Origin: Tubiluchus corallicola
Taxonomy: Eukaryota; Animalia; Priapulida
DNA length: 64,000 bases
Reading direction: 5' to 3'
Assembly: GCA_030141605.1 (NCBI GenBank)
Contig: JAQGDQ010000158.1
Location: 1 to 64,000, forward strand
Under the pieces are notes generated by a model. That model made no database searches. It was not told the origin of the DNA and saw nothing but the letters and a program-made list of their open reading frames with translations. The translations under genes and the position numbers were made by a program. Shown here piece after piece: positions 13,353-62,560 of this stretch. Position 1 is the first letter of the stretch; every line of letters begins with the position of its first letter.

Positions 13353-13936
13353 CAGCCTCATCATACTCATTTTTGATGAGTGCTGATGGAAAAGTCGGCA
13401 TTGCATTTCAAAAAGCATCATTTCTGAAAGTGGTAAACAAACAAAATTCATCGACATTGTGTTGAGACGATTATTCGACAAAATATTATCAATTTTTCGA
13501 TAATTAATCAAAGATCGAATGACAGTTTCTGACGGATATGTTCACCTGTAGTTACTTCCTCATTTCAAAAGAAGTCACAGTAGGCACAGTACGTACGACA
13601 GTTTTAATCTCATCTTAGGGAGAAACGAGGCATAAAAATAGGAGACAATGGACTCAATGATGTAAAATAACTGACTGCTAGATAATAAGACTGTAAGATG
13701 CTACTACAATGCATAAACGATAATTGAAAACAAACCAAGTGTCGCATTGAAGTGGCCTATTTAACATATCAAAAGAAGGTCAATGTCAAACAGTTATGTG
13801 TGAGAAGTTAAACGATAACACAAAAGCGCACGCGGTTTTACCATGTAGAATGCCATACAAGCGAAGATAGGTAGAATACAAGAGAGGTTTAAATTTAAAT
13901 GTTGTACACATTTTTAGGTTGATAAAGAGCTTTAAC

Positions 13937-14504
13937 CATGGGCGTCCACTGGAGGTGCAAACAGGTCATTTGCTACCCCCCCCACTCCAACGCTGTTTTT
14001 TTATGTCAATATATATAATATTGTGATGAATAATCAGTTCGTGTAGTTACAGTGCTCAGAATCCAATCCCAAGCTCTAGAGGACTCGCTGCACTTGCCTG
14101 ACCCTAACTTCACTATACCATATGACAGCCCAGGGGTACGATAATTTTAAGCAATAAATGTGATAGTAGGAGTAATATCTCTTGCCCCCCTGGAACGGGC
14201 AGACAGTTTAGTCTAGTGGTAACGCATGCGCTTTCCGTCTGGGAGGTCGCGAGTTCGATACCGCGGTCGGGTTATACCGAAGACTTTAAAAATGGTACCC
14301 GCTGTTGCCCTGCCTGGTATTTAGGGTAAAAGTGGAGTAATAATAGTTTCTGTTATATAGGCGTAGATTGTTATTTACAGTCGGCCCAAAAGCTCTTTGA
14401 ACTTATGTTAGTTGTTAATCGAAAAACCGACTTTAAACAAGGATTATTATTATTATTATAGATTATATTATATTATTATGGAAAAGTTGCAAGGGGCGCC
14501 CTTG
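13937..14504. mobile_element. hAT-like MITE carrying a nested SINE
   Basis: TIRs catgggcgtcc / gggcgcccttg; identical 8-bp TSD gctttaac at 13929-13936 and 14505-14512. Confidence 0.8.
14196..14478 (+). mobile_element. tRNA-derived SINE, probably with a Meta/MESC-type central domain, (ATT)n tail
   Basis: A box tagtctagtggt, B box gagttcgatacc, core gggttataccgaagactttaaaaatggtacccgctg, ATT tail, tggaa on both flanks; second copy at 50225-50522. Confidence 0.8.
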
Positions 14505-14793
14505 GCTTTAACTGCTCATGTTATTTATGTATGACATGATTGAAAGAAATTGATCTTATCTTAAAGTTACCGACGTTTCTATGATATACTTGCACTTTAT
14601 CACTGCAAAAATTACCGATACTAAAATTGGCTAACTTTTATGGCTAATTAAAAAGCAGATTGACACCACCAGTCATTATAAACTGCTATTTTGGTTTTTC
14701 TCATTCGTCTAAGCGCCAGCTGAGAATTTTCACAATCCATTTCTAGCAAACATAAAACAGCTACATATGAGTTATGATACGCAAACCAGTAGT

Positions 14794-17700
14794 TTTATTA
14801 AATAGAAACACCGCAATTACACAAAAAACAAGAAACTAACGTGTATCATAGTTATACAAATCACACAGAAAAGTAAAATCCAAGGCTTAACAAAATTATT
14901 ATTAGTGATAATAAACAAAGTTAGCTTTCCAATGTTTTCCAGTTGTGAATTTCAGATAATTTCTATCTAACAATGTATTACACGGATTTACACCTTACAA
15001 AAAATGACAACTGCAACACAGCAAGATGGTTTTTTACTATTTCTGCTTAGGAAGATACTCAGTATAGCAGTCAGAAAGTAGAATGTAATTAATTTAACAC
15101 AGTTTTCAAGTTATGCTTTACTATTAGTTAGTCCTTCACCATTTACCACTAAAAATATGTAGGTTTGTATTTCAAAGACGATGTGACATAATGAAATTAT
15201 AATTTAATGTAGTATGCATTTATACAATACGTAAACAAAAGTTATCACACAAACTTATTAAACATACAATGTCAGTTTAGGCAAGACTGATTAATTTTTA
15301 AAAACTCACCTATACAATCAGGCCCGGTTATAAATCTATGTGGAGGAAAAATAACACGTAAGAATTATTAGAGTTTGTAAGGGATTTATATATTAAAACT
15401 TTGTGATGAAAGAACAGTACAAACAAGATAAATTCATAAGAAAAAATTCTCAACAAAGTTGCAATGTAAAAAAGTGCTGCCGCTGATTACAGATACACAT
15501 TTCTTTTTATTCTTATCAAGAGCATTTGATAATCGATTATTGCAACATCCTTCAAACGAAGTTCATAGTTTTTATTAAACTTTGTTCAAAACTTAACATT
15601 ATTAATGCATAGTGGAAAGATATTTCGCTTACGCAATTTATCAGGCAAACAAAAGACTGAACTTTAGCTGTGAGGTTAATAGAATAACATACCTTATCTA
15701 TGAGAGTTAATGTAAGAAAACAGGCACCATCTTTGCATTTTTGAGAATTCATGTAACTTAAATAAACATCACTAAATGAGAAAGCAAACAAAACTTTGAA
15801 AATCTTTTCACTGTTTTGTTAACTTTCATGCCTGACTAATAAGTTTATTTAAAATTTTACTAACAATCAGAATTATTGCTTTACTTATTCCTGGTTATAG
15901 CTTTAAAATCTGTAGAGTAAGGTTACCTAATATTCCATGAAATCTGGCCTGTTTTGCCAAAGCAACCAGATCAGCAAGCATATCCAGAAACTGCATTGTG
16001 ATAGATTCAGATTTTCACACTTTAAAAACACTTGCTACTCGCAAAAACAACAAACGTTGTTGTGTTTCAAACATTTTTGAAATATGTACACATTTTGCTA
16101 CGGTAATAAAATCTTTTAGAAAATAATACACAGTGCATATGAATTAATAGTCCACGTAGAATTTCACAACAAAACAAACGAATCACAGATGTAAAAGAAT
16201 TCATTAAGGTAGTTCCAGTATTTATCTACAAAACCCAAATAATTGCAACCTTGTTTACCGGCATTTTTAAAATTATGTAAATTTTGAAAGCCAAAGCCAT
16301 TTAAAGCACAAGAAAACACACTTCATAAATAAAGCTTTAGAAATTATGTATAACTTGCCTGCTGTCTTATTCCATGCAGAGCTTGCATTAACAGTAATGC
16401 TCTACAAAACTTGAAAATTTAAACTCCCGTGATGACCATTAGGCATTTTAAAGCTAAATTGTTTGAAACAAGTTAACAAGTTTAAAATTGCAAAATGTTT
16501 GAAAAATAATCAAAGTATTATTAACTAAGCAAAAGCATAAATTACTTTATATAGTCATTAATGTTTTTCATAAAATGGCGATGCACTGCCATTTTACCAT
16601 GGGGCAAAAATAATTTAAATTATTGAGAATTTTCTTTTCCAATAACATAAATCTTTCAAACAAGTGAGTGTAATGTTAAGAAATGTAACTTTGTATGGAA
16701 AGTTCTTTGGAATATACTTCAAAATTAACTAAAATTACTCTTACTTCCCCCTTTAAAGAAATTAAAATGACAATTCAATTTTTAGAAACACAGTATTATA
16801 GTATGCACACATCTCACTGGTAATCAGCAATGTCATTCAGTATCAGCAGCATATACCAATGAATTTTAATTTACTAAATTACGAAAAAAGTAACACAAGC
16901 AGTCGTGTAGCAGTCACATTACAGAAGGATAGTAACGCAACAACAAACTAATCGGAATAGACTGAAATCAGGACATTTCTAAATTGCACAAGGAAATACA
17001 GAGTTACACCCAATAAATTACTTGCACTTGTGTGTTGCCTTGCTTGGCCGATTTAAAGAATGTCCTATAAACTATGCGAGCGAAAGAAGTAGAGCTTTCA
17101 AATCCTACTTGTAAAGTTGAAAAAGAATGAGTGATAGACTTTTGCAAATTGAGCTTCAAATGCTTCTTTGCAAAGTAACATTTTCGCGATGCACCACTCA
17201 AAAGTGTTATATGCAGGCAAATTTCGTAATGTTGTGAAACTGTTGTCTAACATAATTGATTATGGGCTGGCCAATTTAAAATGGTGTAACTGAGAACAAA
17301 ACTAACAGCATGGATGAAAACAAAGCTGTCTCCAGGTTGTCTGATGGCAGTTTGCTTTCAGTGTTTATATTTATAATTATTAACATTGATAATTAAGCAT
17401 TAAATTACTGCTTAATGAACAAGTGATGAATTATACGAAGTGACAAGACAAAAGTGATAGATAATTTTAATACTACTGTAATTTATGCACTTGGAAGTTA
17501 TTGTGTCTGGCCTTCCTTGCAATGTTTGCAAATGATTCAAGTAGATATTAACTTTATGGCTTATAACAAGTAAAATAAAGAAAATGAAAATTTGGAACAA
17601 AAACTAGACAGCAAGATTGAAATGCAGATACATTTTTGTTCAATTGCAACAAATAGCAGGAATTAACAAACTAGAATTAAAATAATCTGCACCACATGAA

Positions 17701-17841
17701 CGATCAGGACTATAGATTGTAATTAATTAACGATTAATTATTACATATTAAAATAAACCTAAAGCGAGAATATTATAACTTGAAGAATACAGCAAGATGA
17801 TAGCAGTACTGCGGATTTGTCTAACATTGAACACCAACACC
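14794..17841 (-). other. Probable long UBR4 3' UTR; candidate AATAAA at 14794-14799
   Basis: AT-rich stretch with no obvious repeats downstream of the stop; several AATAAA candidates exist, so the end point is uncertain. Confidence 0.35.
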
Positions 17842-52806
<34,965 letters not shown>

Positions 52807-55800
52807 CTGTAAGAAAACACACGTGTGAATGAGGCTAGACAGAAAATTGAATTCTGGAATACAATGCAAAAACACCATTGTGTGAGCATAAATGATTTAA
52901 AGGCATTTCAATTCATCTCAACCACAAGTCAATAAGTAAGTAAACGATGTCATTTGAACTAGGTGGCTGAACTAAGTCAAACGAACTATGTCACTTTTCA
53001 TGTCACTAATAAACAGGTTTTAGCAAGGAAAGAGATCAACAACTTGAATTAGCTTATTCAGAGTAGGATGACCAAGTAATTAGGAGTAATTTTCATCTTA
53101 ATAATGAACTTAATAGACTCACAAAATTTCTGCCTACAATTTACTGTTTAACCACACACTATCTAACATTCAACTTTTTAAAGGAGCTCTATGCATACTT
53201 TTGCATAAGGTTCGTGGTAATAACACAACATAAGATACATTTATTACAGGTAAAAACTCATGTCAGGTAATAAATGAAGAATTACTAAAGTAGCAACTGA
53301 GTGCCTCAAAGGTCAAACTACAGTCTGTGTAGTTTAACAACGAAAAAAGGGTTAAAATATTCTAAAATGTAACTAGAAAGAGTGCAATTCAACCATCTAA
53401 CAGAGTTGAATTAACAAGGCCTAGATCAATGAGCGCACAAAATTCAACTTAAGTTTTTTTAAAACCAAACGAAAGGGTTGAATTGCAAGTATATTTACTA
53501 GGGCAGAATTAACACCTGTTTCAATCAAAGTTAAATTAACATCTTTTAACATTTCATTTCCTTTCAACCAACTGAAAAGATAAAAATATAAATCTTGTCC
53601 ACAAATGAGTTAGTAAGACATAACTCTGGTTCATGGCTAATGTCTATGCTAGTAACTAGCAAGGCATCAGTAGTGGATATAAAGAATTTACAACTAGTTT
53701 TTCCTAGTATCTGTTTTAACAAGTTACTACTATCTTAACTGCCTGACCTAGCAGAAGACACTTCTCTTTAACTTTCAACACGCATTTTAAAAGAAGTGGA
53801 ACTTGTAAAACATGACAGTTACTAGTAAAACCCACGCATGAATGCATTAATAGTGGTTTATTCTGTTGTCGAAGCAACAAAAATCAGTTAGTTCATTCTA
53901 GTTTTGAAAGACAAGAATGCTTAGTCTTTCCAACAACAGCTATGTAAGCAAATGACACAGATATGCAATCGAGCAAATTATCTGCCAACAATACATCTGC
54001 AGTAAAAAGTAATCACTTCACTTTCACTTCAACGAAGAAAGTAAGCACCAAACGAAACGAATGAAAAGATACATCACCATTTGTAAAATTAAACTGACTT
54101 TTGTATCGGAATTTTAACGAGCATTGGGGTTGCAAATGATGAAAAGACCAGGCAGCTGATGTTGCAAAACCTTGGAAAATAATGACAGTTTAATAATGTG
54201 TAGAGTAGACCGTTAACTGCCTTAGTTACATCCTCTTCAAATGCCAAACTGCGGGTCTTTGCTTAACTAACTGCAATCTGTCATCATTATTGCCCATCAT
54301 CAAGCAACTCCAAAATTACTGCAGTCATAAAAATGTTTCCAAGAATTTGGCGTTGAATGGAATGGAGCTCCAAGAATCTACTTCCAAGAGCAAAGTGGTA
54401 GCTGAAACGTGGGTTTTTTCAAACCGCCAAACTAAGTATATGCACTAAAAGAGTTTCTTTCCAAAAATTATTAATGTAGGTTAAAATGAGCAACTAATCA
54501 ATTTCCTTGCTATTATACTTTACCTAAAATATTTTGCAAGTACAACTCATTGCTTTTCATTTTCTTTACACAAGCCAAAGTCATATAGATATAATTATTT
54601 TTTGTACACAGATTTTGTTGTCCGTTTCATTGTTTCTTGTCGAGTCCTCTAATTATTGTTGATTTGACTTACCTTTATTATTCTGTTTCAATTCATGAAT
54701 TACTCATCATTCATTTTGTTTTAGTTTGATTCAATGTTTTACTTCATACTTAACGATTTTAGATTTATTATGATGCTTACAAACCTTTTGTTGTCCCAAA
54801 AATTGCTTTCTTTTGCTTAGATTTATGTATCAAACTTTATTCTATTATTTTTGTTTTTAGTTTTTTTTGACAATTTGTGCTATTTTGTTTTTTCTTTCTT
54901 CTTATTTCATTTTATTATCTGCAGCATCACCGTTTACTTTTAATAAGCCTATCTAACTGTACGAAAGGGCAGGAGACTAGATGACCTTTTGTCCCTCCCT
55001 GCCCTGCTCAATGATTACAGTTACTGAATATTTAACTAAAACTTTTGCAGTAAAACTGTATTGGTGAAAATAAATGTTCTAGTGTCTATGTCTATGTCCT
55101 TCAAAGATATAATAGGGGATCAAACCGAACTCAGAATGTTTGCTAATTAGTTGAAAACACTATAACTATTAATCGTTTTTCATGATTCCATAAGCACTCA
55201 AAGAGACTAACAATGATGGCAGCGTTACTAACACAGCCGAGACTAGCAAGACTACCATTTGCAATTGCACTTTCATTTTTTTAGTTACATTTAACAAATA
55301 TCTCAACGTCTGACACTTTAACTGACAGGACGCCTTTGTGTTTTTACATAAAATTTCCACTGAAGTATACAACAAATCGAACCACTCGTTAATCAGCAAT
55401 TTAAGTTTGTTAAGTAGGTTAATTTATCATAACCTAGCATATTCTCCGAATCAAAAACCTTCAGTTTTTTTATGAAGCTTGTTAAGAAAATTTCCATCAA
55501 GGTACGAAATCTAGTGATCATGTTAACTGTCTTCTTATGAGAGTTGTACCAAAAAAGGTAACTACTGTTTATCTAGAAACAAGAAAGAAGTACTTTTAAC
55601 ATAACCAACACACAATATGCAAGCCTTGTCAGTCAAATTTATCATCAATTTGATTAAGTGACAAAGGCAAATGTTGTCAGAATTTGCAGGTAGTACAGCT
55701 TAGTTTATTATGGCTAATAATCCTGTTAACTGCTGATTAAAGCATTGCACTTGCTATAATTTTTGTGACAAAATATTAAAATAATTGACAAATTATGCAT

Positions 55801-56917
55801 AACCTATGCCACTCAGTCTTGTGAGAGTGTCACAAGTCAAAACATAGCTTTGCTGATATTTGATGGTTTTTAATGCGTCTTTATGAATGTTTTAGTTTTA
55901 GTTTTAGTTATCTCATAAAATGATTATTGTACTAATTTTGCACTTGTGTTAGCTCATTACCACGTACTATTTTCACAATTCCAACGTAAAAATGCTTTGT
56001 CAATTTGGCTAAATAGTGAATGCTTCCTCTGGGAAGAAATACGGATCATCTTCTCAGAACTATGGCATAATACCGATCCTTGCTGTAAGGTTTACAAAAA
56101 AATTTAAAATACCGCTATCTTGCTGTAATTATCGAGCAGCAAATAACCTACAAACATGTAAACATAATAGCATTTGGCACACCGTAAATTATTAGTTATT
56201 AGGCTATTATCAGTTCCGTTTTTATTACAGTAGGAGGCCTTCAGGCACACAGGTTCTGGACAATGGATAACCATACAGCAGCAGCAGCAGTTAAGCCTTT
56301 CCATAATAATCATGTTAATCTGTGCAGCTAAAAGGTAGACTGACGTTCTTCATAAAAAATGTACTATACATAGTTGTCTTGATATTTACTCATAATCTAG
56401 GCTGCTGTATTTCGATTCATTTTTACTTAGTTCAGTTCTTTGCCAACCGTAATCAGGCACTCATTTGCACTGCAGATCAATGAGGTAGGACCGGAATCTA
56501 TCCTGATTACCAACGACAACCATTTAAGTTGTATAAAACCTGACCAACAGAGACGTCTTAGGCATGTTTAGATGTGCATATGTCCTTCTCTAGCGAAACC
56601 AATGTCATATAAAATCATAACCTTGGTGCAGTTGTTGAAGACATGATGAGGTCAAAAAAGTTATTGTGTTTCTTTAACAGTATGTTATTAATATTAAATT
56701 GTTTAATGATCGATAAATGTTTTACCTTAAACTATACAGCACACTTTTATTTGCTAAAAGTGGTGGCAAGATAAAAACGGCAGTGTTGAACTGGTGGATA
56801 AGTTATGACTGCTTGAAAGAATTTCATAGCCGGTGTCAAAATCTTGGCTTTTTGGGTGCATAACAACAACAAAATTAACAAACTCTCAGTTCAAAGGATA
56901 ATAAAAGATACAGTTAA

Positions 56918-57376
56918 CCCTTTCATACCCGTCGTATCCCGTGGAATACGAGAATATTTTCTGCCTTTAAAATTTATAAAATTTTAAAACTGACAGTTAT
57001 TTGATCTGTTAATAGTTATTTTGATTTAAGCCAATAACAATAGACTAAAAATGGTGGTAAAATGGCAAACTAGAAATTCTACATAGCATAAAAAACTGCG
57101 CAATGTACTGTACTTTAGAGACGACTTTGTACAGATCAGCATAGCATGCATACTAAATGTCTTAAATACTTTAAAAAATTATCAGCAGTTGCAAAATGAA
57201 GCACATTTTATGCTTCCATTGAATCCCAATGTATCCCGTGTGATACAGGCTATATTTAGCACGCGGGCACAGGTAGAAAAAATAATTATTACGTGTAAAC
57301 AAGATGGACATACTGAACAAAAGTACCAAGCCAAAAATTTTTTTCTTATTACAAAAATAATTTGGGACTGAAAGGG
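56918..57376. mobile_element. piggyBac-like MITE
   Basis: TTAA|ccctttcataccc ... gggactgaaaggg|TTAA. Confidence 0.8.
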
Positions 57377-58146
57377 TTAATATCTGTACTTAAATTTATT
57401 GGTATTTAAAACAAACTGGTAATTAAATCTATTTCCCTCGTGTCACGTATTTTTTAAACAAGTTGCATTCAATGTAGCTGTTAAAAATAACTAGTTTTTC
57501 AAAATGTTCCAAGTGCTTTTGTAAACATAAATTTGATGAAAATAATTGACTTTATATCCACAAAAGGTACAAAATAACACACTGATTTAAAATAAATGAA
57601 ATTTGGATTTATTTTGTTATTTTGCAACACATTAAAGCATATAAAGTTCCAGCAGTGGCTCCAACTTTAAAATAAACATTGTTGCCTAAAAGTGTTTTGA
57701 AATGTATGGATAATTTTTTGTATCATTTTTTGAGGTCAATCACCTGTACTTGCATGTTTCTGAGCATTTGTACTTGAAATTTGATGTACAAGTCTAAATC
57801 TGTCCAGTATTTATCATTAGAAAGCTGTGCTGAAATGCCGCAATTTATTATCTAGTCACAGATAACAAAACACGCACAATCTGTCTTTAAGTTCAACATA
57901 CCAATTTTACCATTGTTTTACTGTTTACAAGGTCCTGTGTCTCTGTGACAAAGATGCACAATGATGCCTGAAGACAAAGACTGACGACAAGTGTTTAGCC
58001 CCAATGTCAGCGCTGAGGGGGTGTTGATAGTGAAAGTTTCTTCATTATTTCAAATTACTTTGCTCAGTAGGTCATCTGTCATGGTGCTCGCACATATAAC
58101 AGATAAACCTTATTATGGATGGTTTAGTCTGTTTAGAGTGACCAAG

Positions 58147-58186
58147 ATGAGATCACTAATCTGTCTGGTTGGCATTTTACTCACAG
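58147..58186 (+). CDS. CDA-like exon 1 (signal peptide MRSLICLVGILLT)
   Basis: aagATGa start; CAG|GTAAAT donor; phase 1 fits exon 2. Confidence 0.8.
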
Positions 58187-61100
58187 GTAAATATGAACTT
58201 AATTAGTTTGGTTAACAAACAGCAGGTAACGAAAAATTAGTAACTTAAATGTAGAACAAACAGATTAATTTGATAACTAAAATAATATCTTTAACTAATG
58301 TTTTAAGATCTGCACAAATTGGCAACAAGACGTGATTCAAACTTATAAAATAACATCTAATGAGTTAACAATTTCATTATGAGTAATGATGCCTTTAATA
58401 GCTCATCTTGTCAAATAAAAGACTGAAACATTTGTGAGGAAAGACATGGTTTGTGCCTATTTTATTTTGAAAATAATATTTCTACCTTATTAGAAATAAT
58501 GAATGAAAAACCAAAGACTAAATAAAGAACTGTGACAAATGTTGAAGGACAGTTAATGGAACAATCAAAGCTTACTCGAGTCCCAAACAACATTAATTGG
58601 TTGTTTGTTATTTATGTTCTAGTAGCCCAGGCTACGCCATTGCAGAAGCGGCTAGGAGTGCCGCTGGAAGCTGAGGATGGATGCAACCCAAACATTGGTA
58701 ACGCATCATACGTGTCAGATGCAGATGACTGTCAAGTGTTCTACCATTGTGACCACGGCTGGCCAAAACTCACCGTAAGTTTTTTCAAATCTTAAATTAA
58801 CAATTTATCCACACCAAACAACTGCTTCAATGGAACCATATCACTACAAAGCTTATTCGAATGGTGTCATTTAGCTCCCCTTTTAGGATATAATTGAAAC
58901 ATTCTGGGTATGAGTTAAGCTAGTCATTGTGCTCTTAACTTTTTGCATGCCATTATGTAACTTTGGGGTTGAACACTACAAATACTTTTAAACGTACCAA
59001 AATGCCAAAAAGAGTTACTTTGTTTATTAGAATTAAGTTGCCTTCATTTTTTAAAAGCGGAAAACATGTTAAAATAGTTTATCCAAAACAAAAACAATAG
59101 AATCACAATAAATAATGACGTTAAAGTCGTCCGGAAGGAAAAATCAGTCTGTTTATTAAATTCGATTAACATGCAATCAAATGATTCGACAGCTATAACT
59201 AGCTTATTTTTACGCCTCAGTATAGATTCAAACACTAAAACAGCTTTTCACATTCGGCTCGGTAGTTTAGATGTTCAGAAAGCAATGTTGGCAATCTACC
59301 TTAGAACAAGTACTACTACTTAAGAAGGCAATCTGCTTTAGTGATTTTTAAAGGCATAGTGAGTATCACACAATGTAGGTCAGTTTGAATATAATGATAT
59401 GCAATATTTGGTATAAAAGTTATTTAAGATATGTAGAACATTACTGACTACTAACCGAGCTGTTGCCGTGGTACAGATAGTTTATGCTTTCAAACTGACA
59501 AAACTGCTAAATGCCACAAGCAATAGACGGTGTTCACACAATAGGACTAGTAATGATGTCACCTAGCTCATAAAACAGTTTCTAGAGTGGCAATAATGTC
59601 AAAGTAAATAGGTGCTTGTAATGTAAATAAGGGAGTTAATAATGTGAAATAAATTGCAGCCTTATAATTAACTGCAACAGCAAGTACACTGGCATTGATT
59701 TCAGCCAATCAAAAAATCAATAAATGAAATATAGTAAACCTGTTCAAAAATTTTGCCCATAATTTTTAAGATGAGCTTGCACTAAATCATAATTTCTTTG
59801 AGAATCAAAATCCTTTATTAATAAGAGCTGTGAAGTAAGCTACTGCTTCCTATTAGTTTTGAAAAAATCCATTTGGCAGTTTACAGAAGTTCAAGGAGTT
59901 ATGAGGCAACCTGACTAAATAGAAATCATACGCTAATTATAGTATATAAAAAACAAAATAGAAAGAACTGCTACGGAATAACGTTGGTTAAAGGTTTAGC
60001 TTAGAACTAGTGGGCTTAAGTCCAGTTCTTAGATAATGGCTAAGAGCTTCCACAAATAGGTGATTTTGTAAAAATATGCTGTGTCCAGCTTTAGTACTCT
60101 TTAAGTTTGCAAAATGCAGAGAGCCAACCAAATAGTTAACTTTGCTAAGAAGTATCATAGCTGTGTTGGGAAGTATCATAAACTAAATCAAACTATAAAC
60201 TCGATGTAAAAAACATAGAAACACAGAAAGCAGCTCTTTTTTATAAATGAGACAAAATAACCACTAATGTTTTTGTTTTCTTTAGAGATGTCCAGGTAAT
60301 ACGATATGGACGCCGGCAATAGAAAGATGTGAATCACCGGAAGACGCAGTCAATGACGACTGTGGATACATAGCACCGGAACCACTAATGATGTCCTTTA
60401 ATGAAACCACCGACATGGCCCACAGCAGATGCGAATTCTTCTGTGTAGAAGGGAATCAGTGCATTGCATGGAGTGCTAAATGCAATGGTATGGAAGACTG
60501 CGATGATGGTTCAGATGAAGAGGGGTGTGCAGAGCAATGCGATGAAGATAACTGCCAGCTACCAGACTGCAGGTGTTTTGATGCAGGACCACCAGGTGGT
60601 TTGGCAGTTTCAGACACTCCGCAGATGATCATCCTCACGTGGGAGTCAGCTGTACGCGCAGAAGACTACTACCATCTCATTCAGCAGATGCTGAACAAAG
60701 TGACGCCAGACAGGCGAAGAGAGCTCCGACTGAATCCCAATGGTTGTCCCTTCACAACCACATTCTTTGTTAATCATCAATTTAACAATTATCTGGGTGT
60801 GCAGTCGCTACACAATCAAGGACATGAGATAGGCGTTCATTCCATCAGGTAAGTCAGCTCATGTATTTCTCATTATGTGAAATTCTGTTTCATTTTATTT
60901 AATTAATTTCGCTATAATGAAGACTTGTAATCAAATGAATCTGAAAGTGAAGTAATTTTGACATCATTAAGGACCAGTGATTAGACCATTTCCGATGATT
61001 AGATATATTAAGTTTATAGTATTGTCATAAAATTCTTGTACACAAAGACCTTGCACGGAACAAATGTATACATCATCACCCTCGATCCAAGTCTTTACCA

Positions 61101-62560
61101 CATAAAAATGTTTGAGGAATTTGCAAGTAATTTAAAGCAAGAACTAATCCACAAGAACTAATCCAACTGGAATTAATCCATGCTATTCAGTTAAATAAAC
61201 TTTCGACTCTAACAAACAGAGACAACAACAACAAAGTAATAACATCTTTCTGACTGAAAAGTAAGTTTACAATTCCCATCAAAAAGGGAAAGGAAAAAGA
61301 GACCCTCTTATCATAACACATGAAACTCCTGAGTTACCAAGAGAATACTTATGAGGGTGATGCAAACTTAACAAACTTTCTTCTTGAGAACGTGACGACT
61401 GACCTGTCTGAAGCAGTTTGAATCACTTCACCTCCATTAGCTGCAAGGGCCACAAAAGCTACTTAATAGTCTTTAGTCGAAGAATAATAGAAGAATGCTT
61501 TAACAGACACAGACACAAGCACCACTTCACCTAATAAACTTTCAAACTGATATATCATATCAGATTATGCGACGGTTCAGCTATCAATGATAGTGGTGGT
61601 TGTTTATTAGTTCCAGTAATATCCAGTAAACACCACTTACTTAGTAGCAGCTGCCTTACAAGAAAACATTGGTCAACTGTTTAATATGCATGCAACTATT
61701 TCTCTTTCAGTAAAAGCCTAACGGTAGATTATTGGAAAGAAGGTGATTACGACACCTGGCTTGATGAAATGTCAGGGATGAGGACCATTCTTGAACTGTA
61801 CAGTAACATCAATCCTGATGACATCATAGGAGTCAGAGCACCATACCTGCAAGTTGGTGGAGAACCACAGTTTCAAATGATGATAGACGAAGGATTTGTA
61901 TATGACATGTCTATGCCAACGCCTCAGAATGATCCTCCAAGATGGCCATATACGCTAGACTATAGAAGCACACAAGACTGTGTCATAACATCATGCCCAA
62001 CAGATTCTTATCCAGGAATATGGGTTATTCCTTTGACGGATTGGGTTGACACAAATGACACACTGTGTGCTTTAGTAGACAACTGCTACTTCCCAAATGA
62101 CAAAGATGAATCTTTGGAGCTCCTTAGGAAGAACTTCCGAACGAGTTATGATGGGTCCAGAGCACCTCTAATGCTAAATCTCCGCTCTCGTTGGTTCTTA
62201 GAGGGCGCTTACAACATGGAAGCCCTGCAAGAATTCTTTGATGAAGTGCAAGCACTAGGTGATGTTTATGTTGTCTCTGCTGCCAAGGCATTAGAATGGA
62301 TGAGAAACCCAACGAGCATTGCTGACATAGCTAGTAGCGATGTGTTCACATGCACAGAACCGGATGAAACGGCAGTATGTGAGCATGGTAACGTCTGCGC
62401 TTACTTCAACATCACTTACCATCCAAACTCTGAGGATCATCCTGGTGACAGGTACATGGAAACATGTTCTGAATGTCCACCAGAATATCCATGGCTAGGC
62501 AATCCAGAAGGGGAGTCACTAGATCTCCCTGATGTCCAACATGCCCCAATTGGTAAATAG
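58147..62560 (+). CDS. Chitin deacetylase-like protein (signal peptide + CBM14/ChtBD2 + LDLa + CE4 domain), 534 aa; exons 58147-58186, 58623-58774, 60286-60848, 61711-62560
   Basis: Signal peptide MRSLICLVGILLTVAQA; CBM14-like DCQVFYHC...RCPGNTIW...C; LDLa CNGMEDCDDGSDEEGC; CE4 region CQLPDCRC, PQMIILT, NPNGCP, GHEIGVHS, GVRAPYLQVGG, WPYTLDY, CPPEYPWL; all introns GT-AG with phases 1, 0, 2. Confidence 0.93.
58623..58774 (+). CDS. CDA-like exon 2 (N-terminal part of CBM14)
   Basis: ttctag acceptor, GTAAGT donor; DADDCQVFYHCDHG. Confidence 0.88.
60286..60848 (+). CDS. CDA-like exon 3 (end of CBM14, LDLa, start of CE4)
   Basis: Polypyrimidine tract + tttag acceptor, AG|GTAAGT donor. Confidence 0.92.
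61711..62560 (+). CDS. CDA-like exon 4 (CE4 domain to stop)
   Basis: tctctttcag acceptor; ORF to TAG at 62558-62560. Confidence 0.92.

Noticed and set aside
13157-13511. Overlapping ORFs with repeated peptides
   Set aside because: Explained by a 75-bp tandem duplication; no supporting splice structure or homology.
14200-14275. Possible tRNA gene
   Set aside because: A and B boxes are present, but I could not build a clean acceptor stem. It continues into a SINE body with an (ATT)n tail and has a second diverged copy at 50225-50522.
58620-58625. NAGNAG (TAGTAG) tandem acceptor at CDA-like exon 2
   Set aside because: It would change only one residue near the signal peptide, and there is no evidence the second AG is used.
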